Positions 1 to 11,676 of a stretch of 43,777 bases of DNA are shown piece after piece. The stretch is from Chiloscyllium plagiosum. Its lineage: Eukaryota. Below the pieces are notes generated by a model. It saw nothing but the letters and a program-made list of their open reading frames with translations, made no database searches and was not told the origin of the DNA. How positions within the stretch are numbered: the first letter of the stretch is position 1; each line of letters opens with the position of its first letter. Position numbers and translations under genes: made by a program. The stretch lies in assembly GCF_004010195.1 (NCBI RefSeq), contig NC_057753.1:6681378-6725154 (forward strand), read 5' to 3'.

Positions 1-374
1 GCAGTTGCTCTCTACAATTTTCAAAATGCCCACGTTTTTAAACTCACAACTTCAGATCGTTGGTAAAACAATAAACTCAACACGATTGGGTTTTTTAGTG
101 TCCTGGGGCATAATTTAAACTGTTTTTGTTTTTCGAATTGTTGTCAAACAGCAAACAAAACTCAAGTAACCATTTCATAGGCAAATATTATGTATTTCCA
201 ACTTTTTAATGCATTCAGTGACTTCCATCTTGTCGTATACACAGGTACTTGGAAGCTCTGTTTAGAATACAATTCAGTCTATCTTAAATGTCCATTAAAC
301 GCCTTCAACTGTATAACAATAGCTACTAATGCTGAACATTTACCTCGACCAAGTTTATATATTTTTGCACTGCT

Positions 375-1345
375 CTTATCCATGCAGGTCACCATGGTGG
401 ACAAATATCTCGTCCAGGCAGATAAATCAATACACTGACGTGCTCCGTGCAACTCTCCGTGATTAGCAGATATCTAGTCTGGCTTTCAAGAACATTGCAC
501 TGCAGTGTGGAGTGGTAACTGAGTCAGGCTTACGGATCAATGTAATGGAGTCATCTGCCCCGCACGCGATGCTAAGCAGATTTGTGGTCTGGGTTAATAG
601 ATCTAGGTCAGAAGCCACGTGATGAAGTGGCAATGCTCCTAAAGCTTGAAGTTTCAAATTAGCCTGTGAAATATCACCTGCTGTGTCCTGATTTCTAACA
701 TTGTCTATCCCTGTCCAAATCAGGATCTCAAACTCGTTAACAGACCATTGCACTGTTTTGGTCTGTTCAGCACCCCATGTTGTTTGGATAGCTGATTCAG
801 ACTTACATCGCTGACCTGGTTTAATTTGCACAGCTCCTCAATCTGGACAGAGAGGTTGTGCGGATATATAGATTAATCCACTAGTGTACTGCATAGACAT
901 CTCATCAGTGATCATAAATCAATGTGTTACTGTGGTCTGTACAGCTCTCAAGGCTGTGCAATCATCTAGTCCTAGATTATAGAACAAAATACTAGACTGG
1001 TGTGTACTGTTTCCCATGTTGGACAGATATGTTGTCCAGAAGTATAGGTAAATACACCAGTGGGTCTGTACGACACCCCAGGTTTTGTGGCTTAATAGAT
1101 CAATGCACAGATAGGGTCTGAACACATTAAAGTGCAGTACATGACTTTGGTTGAGTTAATAGATCAATCAACTGGTGCAGTGTGAACAGCTCACGGTACG
1201 ACACAGATATCTCGTCTCTGTGTAAGTACTAATGCACTGATGTGGTCTGAACCGCTCCCCAAACTGGATGGAATGTTTGTTGAAGCTTGCAGATCAATTC
1301 ACCAGTATTTTGTGTACAACTCCTCATGCAGGACAGGCATCCAGC
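375..1345. repeat. Degenerate tandem array, period ~64 bp, roughly 15 units
   Basis: Recurring blocks GGACAGATATCTCGTC / TAGATCAATGCACTG / GTGGTCTGTACAGCTCCCC. The TG(T/A)AC anchor recurs near 937, 1002, 1066, 1119, 1183, 1247 and 1313, mostly 64-66 bp apart. Confidence 0.7.
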
Positions 1346-1399
1346 TGCTTTTACATGTCAAGGCACTGGAGTTATGTTTACAGAATTCTAAACATTTTG

Positions 1400-2500
1400 T
1401 TACTAGACAATGAAATCGATGGTGTAGCCTCGAGGAGACTTCATTCACGTTTAAACTTTCTGAACATCTTTCCTTTCACTACTGATAATTGCAGACTGTG
1501 GACAGGAGAAAAACACCCCACACTGAAAAGAAAACCAAAGTAATTGATTCTAATTTGCGATACAAAAGGTTAAACTCAAACAGAATTGAAGCATTTCTGA
1601 ACTCAGCGATACCCGATCAGCATAAATGGTGGCATATCATTTCAGGGAGGAAGAGCGATTATCCAGAGCAAAGGTCGCCTCCAGAAACTGGTTGAACTCT
1701 AACTGCATCATTCAGAGATTTCAAAAATAAAGATATTTTCTGGACGTCATGTGTGCTGGCGTGGACTGGATGCCGACACAGCCACATTAATGGGCAGTGT
1801 GCTAAGAGCCGACTCAGACAAAAACCACCACAGCAGATCACCCACATTCGTAGGAACGGCCGAAAAATGCTGGACTTGGTTAAACATCTACTAAACCCAG
1901 TTGCTCCAGCGGTTTTATGTTTTTAGTCAATTTGGACGAGCATGTAAAATGCTTGGATGTGCATGGAGGTCATTAGTCAAACATTGGGACAACAGTGTTG
2001 AAAGCTGCGAGAATGTTTTGGAATGCGTAGGCTCCCAGAGATTTTGATTACACGGTCTATTATTTGCCAGCACGGGACTCGAGTATTTCCTGATAGTTAA
2101 TGGTATTCAACATTTAAGGTTAGCACCAGACTATCTCTCGGTCAATGGTGTGGTACAAAAATTTGACAAAACTTTTAAGGCAAGCTTAAATAAGCAGCGT
2201 ATAATCTCACTGATACCAAAACTTATTGATTAATGTTTAATTATAAGGCCACACCTTATGCAACTAGAGGGACAAATCCCTCAGCATATTAAAGGGACGA
2301 AGACTCTGCACACAGACTAAATCTAATCTGCCCAGACATGCCGGCGGGGAAGAAGGAAATGGCATCAGGCATGCCAATGCTGGAAGCAAATGTCCTCTAA
2401 GCAAAAAAAGGCAATTTACTTCAAGGGATGAGATCGAACATATAAGAAGGGCCTTGCATGAGTGAAACCCATGGAGAACACGAGGTCGAATTTTTATTTC
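1400..2500 (+). mobile_element. Decayed Ty3/Gypsy pol fragment (integrase region)
   Basis: Frameshifted translations LNFLNIFPFTTDNCRLW, LPEILIT, EYFLIVNGIQHLRLAPDYLSVNGVVQKFDKTFKASLNKQ (cf. NGIxHxxxAPYHPxSNGxAERxVQTxK) and FNYKATPYATRG (cf. YRxTPHxTTG). Confidence 0.8.
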
Positions 2501-2584
2501 AAACTGCATTTCTGCGTAGGAGCTTCTTGTACAGTTGATGCGTTGCTCACGTTTATCCAGTTGTAAATATGTTTATTTGTGCTC

Positions 2585-3062
2585 CAGTCGCAGTGGTACA
2601 GACATTTTGTTCCTACACATTCATGCTGACAGGACATTCCAAAATGAGCAAGTCTCATTTGCTAGCATTTGACCCACATCCCTCTTAACCATTCCGTTTC
2701 AGGTACTAATCTAAGTGTCTTATAAATGTTTTAATTGTACTCGCCTCCACCAGTTCCTCTGACAGCTCGTTGCATACATGCACCACATTCTATGTGAAAA
2801 GAATACCCTTTCGGTCCTTTTTAAAAATCTTTTCACTCTCGCCTTGAATTTATTCACTCTGGTTGTGCATACCACTACCAGAGGACAAAAGATCTCCGCT
2901 TGCATCGTATACATTCTTCTTGTGATTTTATGCACTTCTTTCACGGTCATATCTCTGTATCCAACACTCGAGGGAAATGAAAAACTCAAGAATTTTCCGC
3001 CTCTCCCTGTAACTCAATCCTCCAGTCCTGGCGACATCCTTGTAAATATTTACTGAATACGC
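2585..3062 (-). mobile_element. CR1-type LINE 3' fragment
   Basis: Minus-strand translation FFSHRMWCMYATSCQRNWW resembles the CR1 ORF2 C-terminus (FFTQRVVxxWNxLP), followed by CR1-like 3' UTR. Confidence 0.75.
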
Positions 3063-3999
3063 TTATCATTTCTTATAGAAAGGAAAATATTTCTCCTCTT
3101 CGGCTGGAAGGGCAATGATATTCAAGTTCTGAGAAATTGTTTGATGATTCATTTCCATGAATACTCCTCTTATACCCTGTCAAATTTGTTTATTGAAATC
3201 ATTACTTGAAGTCGAAGACAGAAATTTTCTTGCAGCTTCTTTTGCCCAAAATCAATTAACCCTTCCTCCCAGCAGTCGCATTTCACCCTTATTTTTATTC
3301 TCGTCCGAGTTTTTCTTCCCTTTCCTTGACTTCTTTCCAGTTCCCCCGCTCTTAATTTTAGACTGAGAATCAAATATTGGAGCCACTAAGACTCTCGTGG
3401 TCAAAAACAAGCAAACACACATTCTTATGTTAGTCACAATACTCTGCCTGTATACCACTCTGTACTGACGGCCGTTGAAATTCGGCCACAATTGTTAGAA
3501 CCCCACGTATTTATTCCTCACTTGCGGTTTACACAATGTGTTAGTGAACGCTTCCTGGTCACATAGTAATTCCATTCCACCCTTCTCGCCCCACTGCCTC
3601 TTACCGACTGTAAACAAGAACCACGGTTTCTGCCATTTCAACACACTGCAAAGCATGCTCATAACTCCATATTGCACTGCACTTGCACAAAGGTTCCCAT
3701 TTGGGGAAAGGGGAATATCACATTTGCGGCAATGTTGGGTCAACAGCCTGCCGTTTTCAAATGGAATTAGGTCATCATTACTTGTTCAGTGTTAGCAAAG
3801 CCGTATATTGGTTAACTTCCCAGGTGTTTACGTGTGGATATTTTTCCACCAAACAAGGTGATGTGTTGAAGTGACAAACATCTCTAAGCACAAGATTTCT
3901 TTCCTGGGGACATAAAACAGTTGTTCTGGAAAGTGGTCACCAAGTCTATAGCTCCTCTCCCAAATGTTGAGGAGACCACACTTTGAGCAGCAAATGCGG

Positions 4000-4171
4000 T
4001 TGTCTCTCCCTCACCACACGATGCCTGGAGGAAGAACGCCTCATATACCACCTCGGAACTCTTCAATCCCAGGGCATCAATGTGGACTTCGACAGTTTCC
4101 TCATTTCCCCTTCACCACCTCACCCCAGTTCCAAACTTCCAGCTCAGCACTGTCCCCATGACTTGTCCTAC
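4000..4171 (+). repeat. Upstream partial copy (pLTR-like) of the Penelope element 3' end
   Basis: Direct repeat of ~6975-7146 (CTGGAGGAAGAACGCCTCAT...CAGGGCATCAAT...CACCCCAGTTCCAAACTT...CAGCACTGTCCCCATGACTTGTCCTAC). Confidence 0.9.
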
Positions 4172-7100
4172 AGTTCGGAACTGAAAAGGACAAACAGTAC
4201 AGACTACAGATTCAAAAACACCAGCAACGGTTCTCCATGCTCGCAACAATGCGCCAACATCTAACCACTCTACAGCCAGCCATGCCTCGGCTGAGGGCCA
4301 CACTCTCTCAGAACTGCAAAGGTCCCCTACTGTACTACATCGTCAGGTGAATTCATACTCTCAACAAGCAGTATTTCAACACCATCTCAAACATCAAAAA
4401 TTGTAAGTACAACAAACTTTTATCTACCCACCTCCATAACCTGTGCCCTTCAAATAGTCCAGTAGATTTTCCCTGCCTCAGGAACTGCTCGGATGCCATT
4501 AGCCATGCCACTGATGCAGCCACAACCTCCACGGTGATCAATGACGTCACTTCGTCCACATTATGGCCGCTTCCAAAGCCACATCCGCCCATCACAACTC
4601 CTCATGCACCACACGTGACATCACATCCGCCCCTAACATCATCGCTGATGTCACACGCTTAGTGACCTCCGTGCCCCCACTGCCCTATTTGCCACCACTT
4701 CCATCCCACCAATGCTATTCACCTGCATTCTGCTGGCATGCTCCCCACAGATCCCACTGTCACCGTCCCCGCCCCCAGAACACTGAGGGGAACACCACAC
4801 CCATTCCCCCACCACCACACCCACTCCAGTTTCTGGCTCAAGCCCCACTCCCAGCTCCACACCTATGCCAGATCCCAGCTCCCAGCCCTGCCAAGATTTC
4901 ACCATCCCTCCAGACCTCCCCCTCACTGAGGACGAAAGATCCGTCCTCAGCAAAGGACTCACCTTCTACCCTCTCCGCCCAAGCATCAATGAATTTAATA
5001 CACGCCGCGTTGTCAAACACTTCTTCTGCCGCCTCCGCATCTGAGCTTACTTTCACAATCAGAAATCCTGCTCACCTTCCAAGGACCCCTTCGCCTACCT
5101 CCAACACACTGCAACCACCTGGACACCTCGTGTTGGCCTATTACCTGCCTTCGACCTCTTCATTTCCAACTGCTGCCTGGACATTAACCGTCTCAACCTG
5201 TCTACGCCCCTCCCCCACTCCAACCACTCACTGTCACAACGCATAGCCCTCCACTCCCTCTGCTCCAATCCCGACCTCAGCATCAAGCCAGCAGGAAAAG
5301 GGGGCGCAGTGGTAGTCTGGCGCACTGACTTCTACTCCGCTGAAGCCAGACGCCAACTCGAGGACAGCTCTTACTACCGCCCCCTCGACCATGACCCCGC
5401 GCCCATCACCAGACCACCATGTCCCAGTCCATTAAGAACCGCATCACCTCAGGAGAACTCCCACCCACAGATTCCAACCTCACAGTCCGGGAACGCCGCA
5501 CTGCCCAGTTCTATCTCCTTTCCAAGATCCACAAGCCTGACCACGCTGGCCGACCCATTGTCTCAGCATGCCCCTGCCCCACTGAACACATTTCTACCTA
5601 ACTCGACACTGTCCTATCCCCCCTAGTCCAGGAACTCCCCACATACGTTCGAGACACCACCCACTCCCACCACCTCCTCCAAGACTTCCGTTCCCCCGGC
5701 CCCCAACGCCTCATCTTCACCACGGATATCCAGTCCCTCCACACCTCTATCCGCCATGACTAGGGCCTCCAAGCACTCCATTTCTTCCTTTCCCGACGTC
5801 CCCAACAGTACCCTTCCACTGACACTCTCATTTGTTTGGCCGAACTCGTCCTCACCTTAACAATTTCTCCTTCGAATCCTCCCACTTCGTCGAGACCAAA
5901 GGGGTAGCCATGGGCACCTGTATGGGCCCCAGCTATGCCTGTCTCTTTGTTGGTTACGTAGAGCAGTCCATCTTCCGGAATTACACCGGCACCATTCCCC
6001 ACCTCTTCCGCCGCTACATTGATGACTGCATTGGCGCTACCTCTTGCTCCCGCAAGGAGGTTGAGCAATTCATCAATTTCACCAACACATTCCACCTTGA
6101 CCTTAAATTTACCTGGAGCATCTCTGGCACCTCCCTCCCCTTCCTGGACCTCTCCATCTCCATTAATGACGACCGACTTGACACCCACAATTTTTACAAA
6201 CCCACCAACTCCCACAGCTACCTGGATTACACCTCTTCCCGCCCTACCTCCTGCAAAAATGCCATCCCATATTCCCAATTCCTCCACCTCTGCCGTATCT
6301 GTTCTCAGGAGGATCAGTTCCACCACAGAACACACCAGATGGCCTCCTCCTTTAGAGAAAACAATTTCCCTTCCGATGTGGTTACAGATGCCTTCCAACG
6401 CATTTCGTCTACATCCCGCACCTCCGCCCTCAGATCCCACCCTTCCAATCGTAACAAGGACAGAACGCCCCTGGTGCTCACCTTCCACCTTACCAACCTT
6501 CACATAAACCAAATTATCTGCCGACATTTCGGTTACCTCCAAACAGACCCAACCACACCAGGGATATATTTCCCTCCCCACCCCTTTCTGCCTTCCGCAA
6601 AGACCGTTCCCTCCGTGACTACCTGGTCAGGTCCACGTTCCCCTACAACCCACCCTCCCGTCCTGGCTCCTTCCCCTGCCACGGCAGGAATTGCAAACCC
6701 TGCGCCCACACCTCCTCCCTCACCTCCATCCAAGGCCCTAAAGGAGCCTTCCACATCCATCAAAGTTTTACCTGTACATCCACCTATATCATGTATTGCA
6801 TCCGTTGCTCCCGATGCGGTTTCCTCGACATTGGGGAGACTGGACGCCTCCGAGCAGAGTGCTTTAGGGAAAATCTATGGGACACCCGCACCAATCAACC
6901 ACACCGCCCTGTGGCCCAACGTTTCAACTCCCCTCCCACTCTGCCGAGGACATGGAGGTCCTGGGCTTGCTTGACCGCCGCTCCCTCGCCACCAGACTCC
7001 TGGAGGAAGAACGCCTCATCTTCCGCCTCGTAACACTTCAACACCAGGGCATCAATTTGGACTTCAACATTTTCCTCATTCCCCCTTCCCCAGCTCACCC

Positions 7101-7428
7101 CAGTTCCAAACTTACAGCTCAGCACTGTCCCCATGACTTGTCCTACCTGCCTATCTTCTTTTCCACCTTTCCACTCCACCCTCCTCCCTGACCTATCACC
7201 TTCATACCCCCCACTCACCTATTGTACTCTATGCTACTTTCTCCCTACCCCCACCCGCCTCTCATTTATCTCTCCACCCTTCAGGCACTCTGCCTGAATT
7301 CCTAATGAAGGGCTTTTTACCAGAAACGTCGATTTTACTGCTCCTGAAATGCTGCCTGAACTGCGGTGCTCTTCCAGCACCTCTAATCCAGAATCTGGTT
7401 TCCAGCTTCTGCAGTCATTGTTTTTACC
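4172..7428 (+). mobile_element. Penelope-like retroelement (Neptune-type), RT + GIY-YIG endonuclease, inactivated
   Basis: Motifs LSKGLTF, IKPAGKGGAVVVW, FYLLSKIHKP..GRPIVS, DIQSLHT, KGVAMG, RYIDD, LPFLDL, FYKPT; Cys-rich linker PCHGRNCKPCAH; YCIRCSRCGFLDIGETGR. Stops at 5599-5601 and 5761-5763 plus frameshifts. Ends in a pLTR tail with a hammerhead. Confidence 0.93.
7296..7336 (+). ncRNA. Minimal hammerhead ribozyme in pLTR, mutated core
   Basis: AATTC-CTAATGA-AGGGCTTTTTACCA-GAAA-C-GTC-GATTT; CUGAUGA is changed to CUAAUGA (G5A) and helix II is weakened. Confidence 0.75.
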
Positions 7429-7849
7429 TAGAGTATATGAAGGCCAGGGAAAGTGCTACCTCATCGGTGAGGTGAGTTTGGGCCATTTGATACTGAGGTT
7501 GCTGGAAGTCAACCAACAGTTGATGCCACCTATGAAGTTTCAGGGGAAAGTTTCATGAGGCTTTGTTGAGGTGTTTCGTGTGAATGAAGACGAGATCAGG
7601 GTGTGGATCCGGGATGGATTGTCCCTGAGGAAAGCTAAAAAAATGAGGTCATGGAAATATGTATCTCGTGGTAACATCTCAATGTAGATTGCGAAATTCG
7701 TGGTTAAATATCCTCTTCATGTGAATTCTAGTTGGATGGCAGTTAAGGAGAAGGGCGAACCTATCTATGCAGTAGGATACAAGCGAACATCGAACGTTGA
7801 TACTGTATTAATTTACAACCATGAGCAATATGAAGTGGGGAATTAAGTA

Positions 7850-8120
7850 GAAAATGTTCCCATTCATGAAGGAATGAAGAATATGAAAACGCTGATATAA
7901 ATGAATTGACAAACAAAGCAAATTTGTTATGAGTCAAAACGTTTCAGCCAAAGAGTGTGGTGGAGCCATGAACAATGGATATTTTTCGAAAAATAAACTA
8001 ACAATTAATTGAAAAGGAAGAATGGACAGTGCTACGGGAAAAACTTTAGGAGAATGACATTCAGGGAGATGCTGCATTGGAATGCTGTTGAGCCAGATAC
8101 CTTCCACTCCAATTCTGTGA
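7850..8120 (+). mobile_element. Highly decayed CR1 3' end
   Basis: AGAGTGTGGTGGAG...TTGAAAAGGAAGAATGGACAGTGCTACGGGAA pattern typical of CR1 3' termini. Confidence 0.45.
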
Positions 8121-8399
8121 ACGGTTAATTTGAATGCATATCAGGAAATATCAGGGCAAGTGAATAACGCCATGGTAAAGAGTTCACATTGAGGGCGTGT
8201 CTCAGTGAAGCAAAGTGAGAAGCAGAAGTATAGACGTTTCGGGATGTAATCCCAATCTTATAATTTGAATGTCAAAACTTTACAACAGTTAAAAATGTAA
8301 ATGTTAATGTGACTGGAATTAAAACAGCACAGAAATCTCAGTTATGTATGGAGCTGAAGGGGAGGCTGGTAAAGATACCACCAAAACTGCTTATTTTTG

Positions 8400-8810
8400 A
8401 CAGCCACGAAACGACATGACCAGCTATCCTTAGTAGCCACACACTCAGATGACAAGCAACATGAGTTCGACTGGGACAACACTACTATTATAGGACAGGC
8501 CAAACAGAGAGCGGCCAGGGAATTCCTCCAGGCATGGCACTCATCCACAGATTCAATCAATAATCACATCGACCTGGACCCAATATACCGGCCACTGCAG
8601 TGGACAGCTGGAACTGACAACCGGAAGCGGCAGAGACAAACCACTATAAATGCCGGAGGAAACATCACAGAAGCGATTTACAGGAGGCTCCCAAGCACTG
8701 AAGATGTCACCTAGACAGGGGATGAAACGTCTGCAACACAAATTCCCAGCTCGGCGAACAGAACCACAACAACGAGCACCCGAGCTACATAATCGTCTCC
8801 CAAAATTTAG
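8400..8810 (+). mobile_element. Second Penelope-like family: GIY-YIG C-terminus plus pLTR
   Basis: ATKRHDQLSLVATHSDDKQHEFDWDNTTIIGQAKQRAAREFLQAWHS..SIN..IDLDPIY matches the PLE endonuclease C-terminal pattern (H..FDW...I......REFLEAW); a hammerhead follows. Confidence 0.88.
8695..8734 (+). ncRNA. Minimal type I hammerhead ribozyme, intact core
   Basis: GCA-CTGAAGA-T-GTCACCT-AGAC-AGGGGAT-GAAA-C-GTC-TGC: CUGANGA, helix II, GAAA, GUC triplet, helix I GCA/TGC. Confidence 0.8.
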
Positions 8811-9869
8811 ACACATCATCTGGGGGGCAAAAAATTCTTGTAGGTACCCAATTGAGTCCTTTACGGGTTTTGTGCCATTCAAAGGCGTTACGATTCATTC
8901 TTAAATGCTCAAGAGAACACAGCTCCATTCTTCTCAACCTCTCCTAATCTTCCATATTTTGTTAGGATCTATTTCACTTGTGTATGTTACAAGCTAGTTA
9001 ACATATTGAAATTAGCCAAAGAGGCTGTGTAAATTAAAGTTTTAAAATATCTTCAGTTGTATGCGCATTTAATTACCAGACATAGTGTGGAGATTTTTAA
9101 AAAGTCCAAATTTATGGCCTGGTGAATGTCAGAGCACCCACTCTTGAGGGATACCTTTCTTAGGCACAATCTTTTGATAGATGTTAGAAGTGCATAAAAT
9201 TGATTGTTGCCAGAGAAGTGATCAAAACATCAGAGTTGTCAGAAAAGCTGTTAAAAATTTCCCAATTGGTTAAGTATTGTAAATAAAAAAGAGAAGATGT
9301 CAGTTTAGTTGGTAACATGCATAAAGTTGTTAAAAGTGTTATTAATTTATTTTCACAGATATAATGAGAAAATGGCACAATACTGAATGTTTTGCAGTAG
9401 TCAAGCTTGAGTTTAGGAGAACTGAAGGGAAAGCAGGAGTTGGGAGTCATGGAATTAACAAGAGTTAGTAGTCAGAAGAACAGAAAGCCAGAAGCTAAGA
9501 GGTTTGTAAAGAAGTGAGTCTCAGTCAGACACTCTCCTGCATTTCGTCTTTGTTCACAGACTGTTTGGCAAATTCCCTTCCCCTCACCAATCCAGCCTCT
9601 TTTGTACCTTCTTTTCACACTGCCTACTTCACATCATTTTCTTGGCGACAGCCGAGCACAGGTTGAGCTTTAAGCTGCTCATTTGAACCTTTAGACCCTG
9701 TGCAGAAGTAACACCATCCCTCTCTGCTGTGCTCCTTTAAAGTGGCAATGACATTGAGAGACAAATTGATGTTAACGCAGACAACAGGGCAATGCGTTTC
9801 TGAATAACAACTAACAATCAAATTTCAGAAGCTAGTTTCTATTCGTCTTGCAAATTTCTGACAATAATA

Positions 9870-10630
9870 AAAGTGATATCGGGTTCTCAGATGTGAAATC
9901 CAATCTTGATATCACGTCAATCGGAGAGTTACCCAATTCAGCGATCCTGATCATTTTCAGTAAAATGGAAGGAGAAAACAGAATCTCCAAACCGAACAAA
10001 CCTTTCCTGTGTTCAGTGTGTGGTTACAGACTCAACTAGGAGGAGACATGTGTAACCGGATGATGGCAAAGTTGTGTATATGTGGGGACTGTGAGATGGA
10101 ACTCAGTTACCTCTCCCAGCTGAAAAATGGCCGAGAGAGTCAAACTGGGGAGAAAGCGTTCACTTGCCCCGCATGCGAGAAAGGATTGACTCGATTTAAA
10201 ACCATTACGTGCTCTATGTGCGAGCAAGTCTTCATTTAAATTTTCCACCTTTTGAAACACTAGCTCGTGCACACTGAGGAGAGGCCATTCAACATTCTGA
10301 GTGTGGGAAGAGATTCACTTCATCTGCTGACCTGCTGAAATACCAGCGAGACCATTCTGGGTGAAGGCCATTCAATTGCTCCAGGTGTGGGATAGTCACT
10401 CACATCGAGCAGCTGCTTAGAAACCAGTGAGCTCACACAGGGGAACGTCCAGTCATGTTCTCCAATAATTCAGCTTGCCTGCTGAGTGACCAGCGGGTTC
10501 ACTCTGGGGAGAAGCCGTTTAACATTTTGCATCAAAATGGATTCGCTGAGTCTTCCAAATATCTGAGAGGCCAACAAATGCAAACGTGCAAATGATGAGT
10601 CATCTGCTCCGCGTGTGGAAGATTATGCAT
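9870..10630 (+). pseudogene. Decayed C2H2 (Kruppel-type) zinc-finger gene
   Basis: MEGEN..KPFLCSVCG (ATG 9965), [81 protein letters not shown] linkers; many stops, frameshifts and lost His/Cys ligands. Confidence 0.88.
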
Positions 10631-11049
10631 GTCACTACAGGAATCTGATTTTGCAATTATTGTGAATAAGATTCAGGACTGAGACTTGTTCATGATGATA
10701 TTTTTGAAGTGTCGATCTTGTGATTTTTTTTATCACATAAACGAGGCGGGACTTGATCAAATCTTTCTGAACGTCCAGATGTCCATGCTCACAATGTAAC
10801 TCCACGACAACCACATGAGAATGAGCAAGGATCATTTGTTTTGAGCGAGATTGTTTGAAAGAAAATATTTCAAAGCCGGGTGATCTTGGAGTAGGAGCAC
10901 ATGGTATTCGTCAGTGTTCTCAATGCCTTGAGAGAGGGGTGGTCATTGCGGGGTGTTTTATTCCTCCCTCCAACTTTATGGCTTTGGGAGATCAATTGCC
11001 TGTAGAATCCCTCACCAGTCTGCTTTTTACTAAACTGTCCCCCTGCTTC

Positions 11050-11210
11050 TATCGATACACAGCAGCGCAAAGCAGGCATAGGCTAATCCAACCTTTCAAC
11101 GTGCTCAAACATTTATTGTGATCATGGCTGATCATCCAATTCAGTACCCTATTCACATTTCTATTCTCCATACCCTTTCATCACTTTACCTCTAAAAACA
11201 TACATCTTTG
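11050..11210 (-). mobile_element. CR1 3' terminal fragment
   Basis: GATCATGGCTGATCATCCAA..CAGTACCCT..TTCTCCATACCCTT is the reverse complement of a common CR1 3' end. Confidence 0.65.
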
Positions 11211-11427
11211 TCCTCCTTCGGCATCACCTGTTTTAGTTCACGTTATATTGCTGTGTTATCGCGTAGGTAAAGGGGATGTAACAGTTCCGCTTCTGGGAGG
11301 ATGCTGTCACCGTCCCTCAACATCCTGCAGTGAAACCAGCTGCTCCTTAAACATGAACGTCCTGAGTTTAAGAAATAGACACAAACGAGAACTGGGTGCC
11401 CACTTTGCAAGAAAATAAATAATTGAT

Positions 11428-11676
11428 GGGACCTGGGCTGTGGCGAATTAGGCCTTCAATTATTACTAATTCCCAATTGCTTTGGAGAAGATGACAGTGA
11501 GTTCTTTTCGCGAACTGCTACAGCTCACTTGCTGCATGTAAACCCGCATTGTTTGTTTATTGAGGGAGTTGTAGGATTTTGGTTCACCCGCTTTGAAACA
11601 ATGGTGGCATATTTCCAAGTGAGGATTGTGTGTGCCTTGGAGCGTAACTTGCAGTTAGGGGAGTCCCATATATCTG
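11428..11676 (-). mobile_element. LINE (CR1/L2 group) 3' fragment
   Basis: TAATTCCCAATTGCTTTGGAGAAG...GAGGGAGTTGTAGGATTTT...ATATTTCCAAGTGAGGAT...TTGGAGCGTAACTTGCAG, recognised as an abundant chondrichthyan LINE 3' end in antisense. Confidence 0.6.

Noticed and set aside
375..1345. CRISPR-like periodicity (~64 bp)
   Set aside because: Whole units are degenerate copies with no constant repeat plus unique spacer; no cas genes; vertebrate context.
3480..3800. Possible minus-strand LTR end (AATAAA..GGGGTTCTAACA followed by TGTGGCCG)
   Set aside because: No partner LTR, recognisable PBS or gag found; too weak to call.
4563..5246. 227-aa Pro/Ser-rich ORF
   Set aside because: Largely an alternative-frame reading of the frameshifted, C-rich Penelope ORF.
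5760..6581. 273-aa minus-strand ORF
   Set aside because: Antisense shadow of the Penelope RT; no independent motifs.
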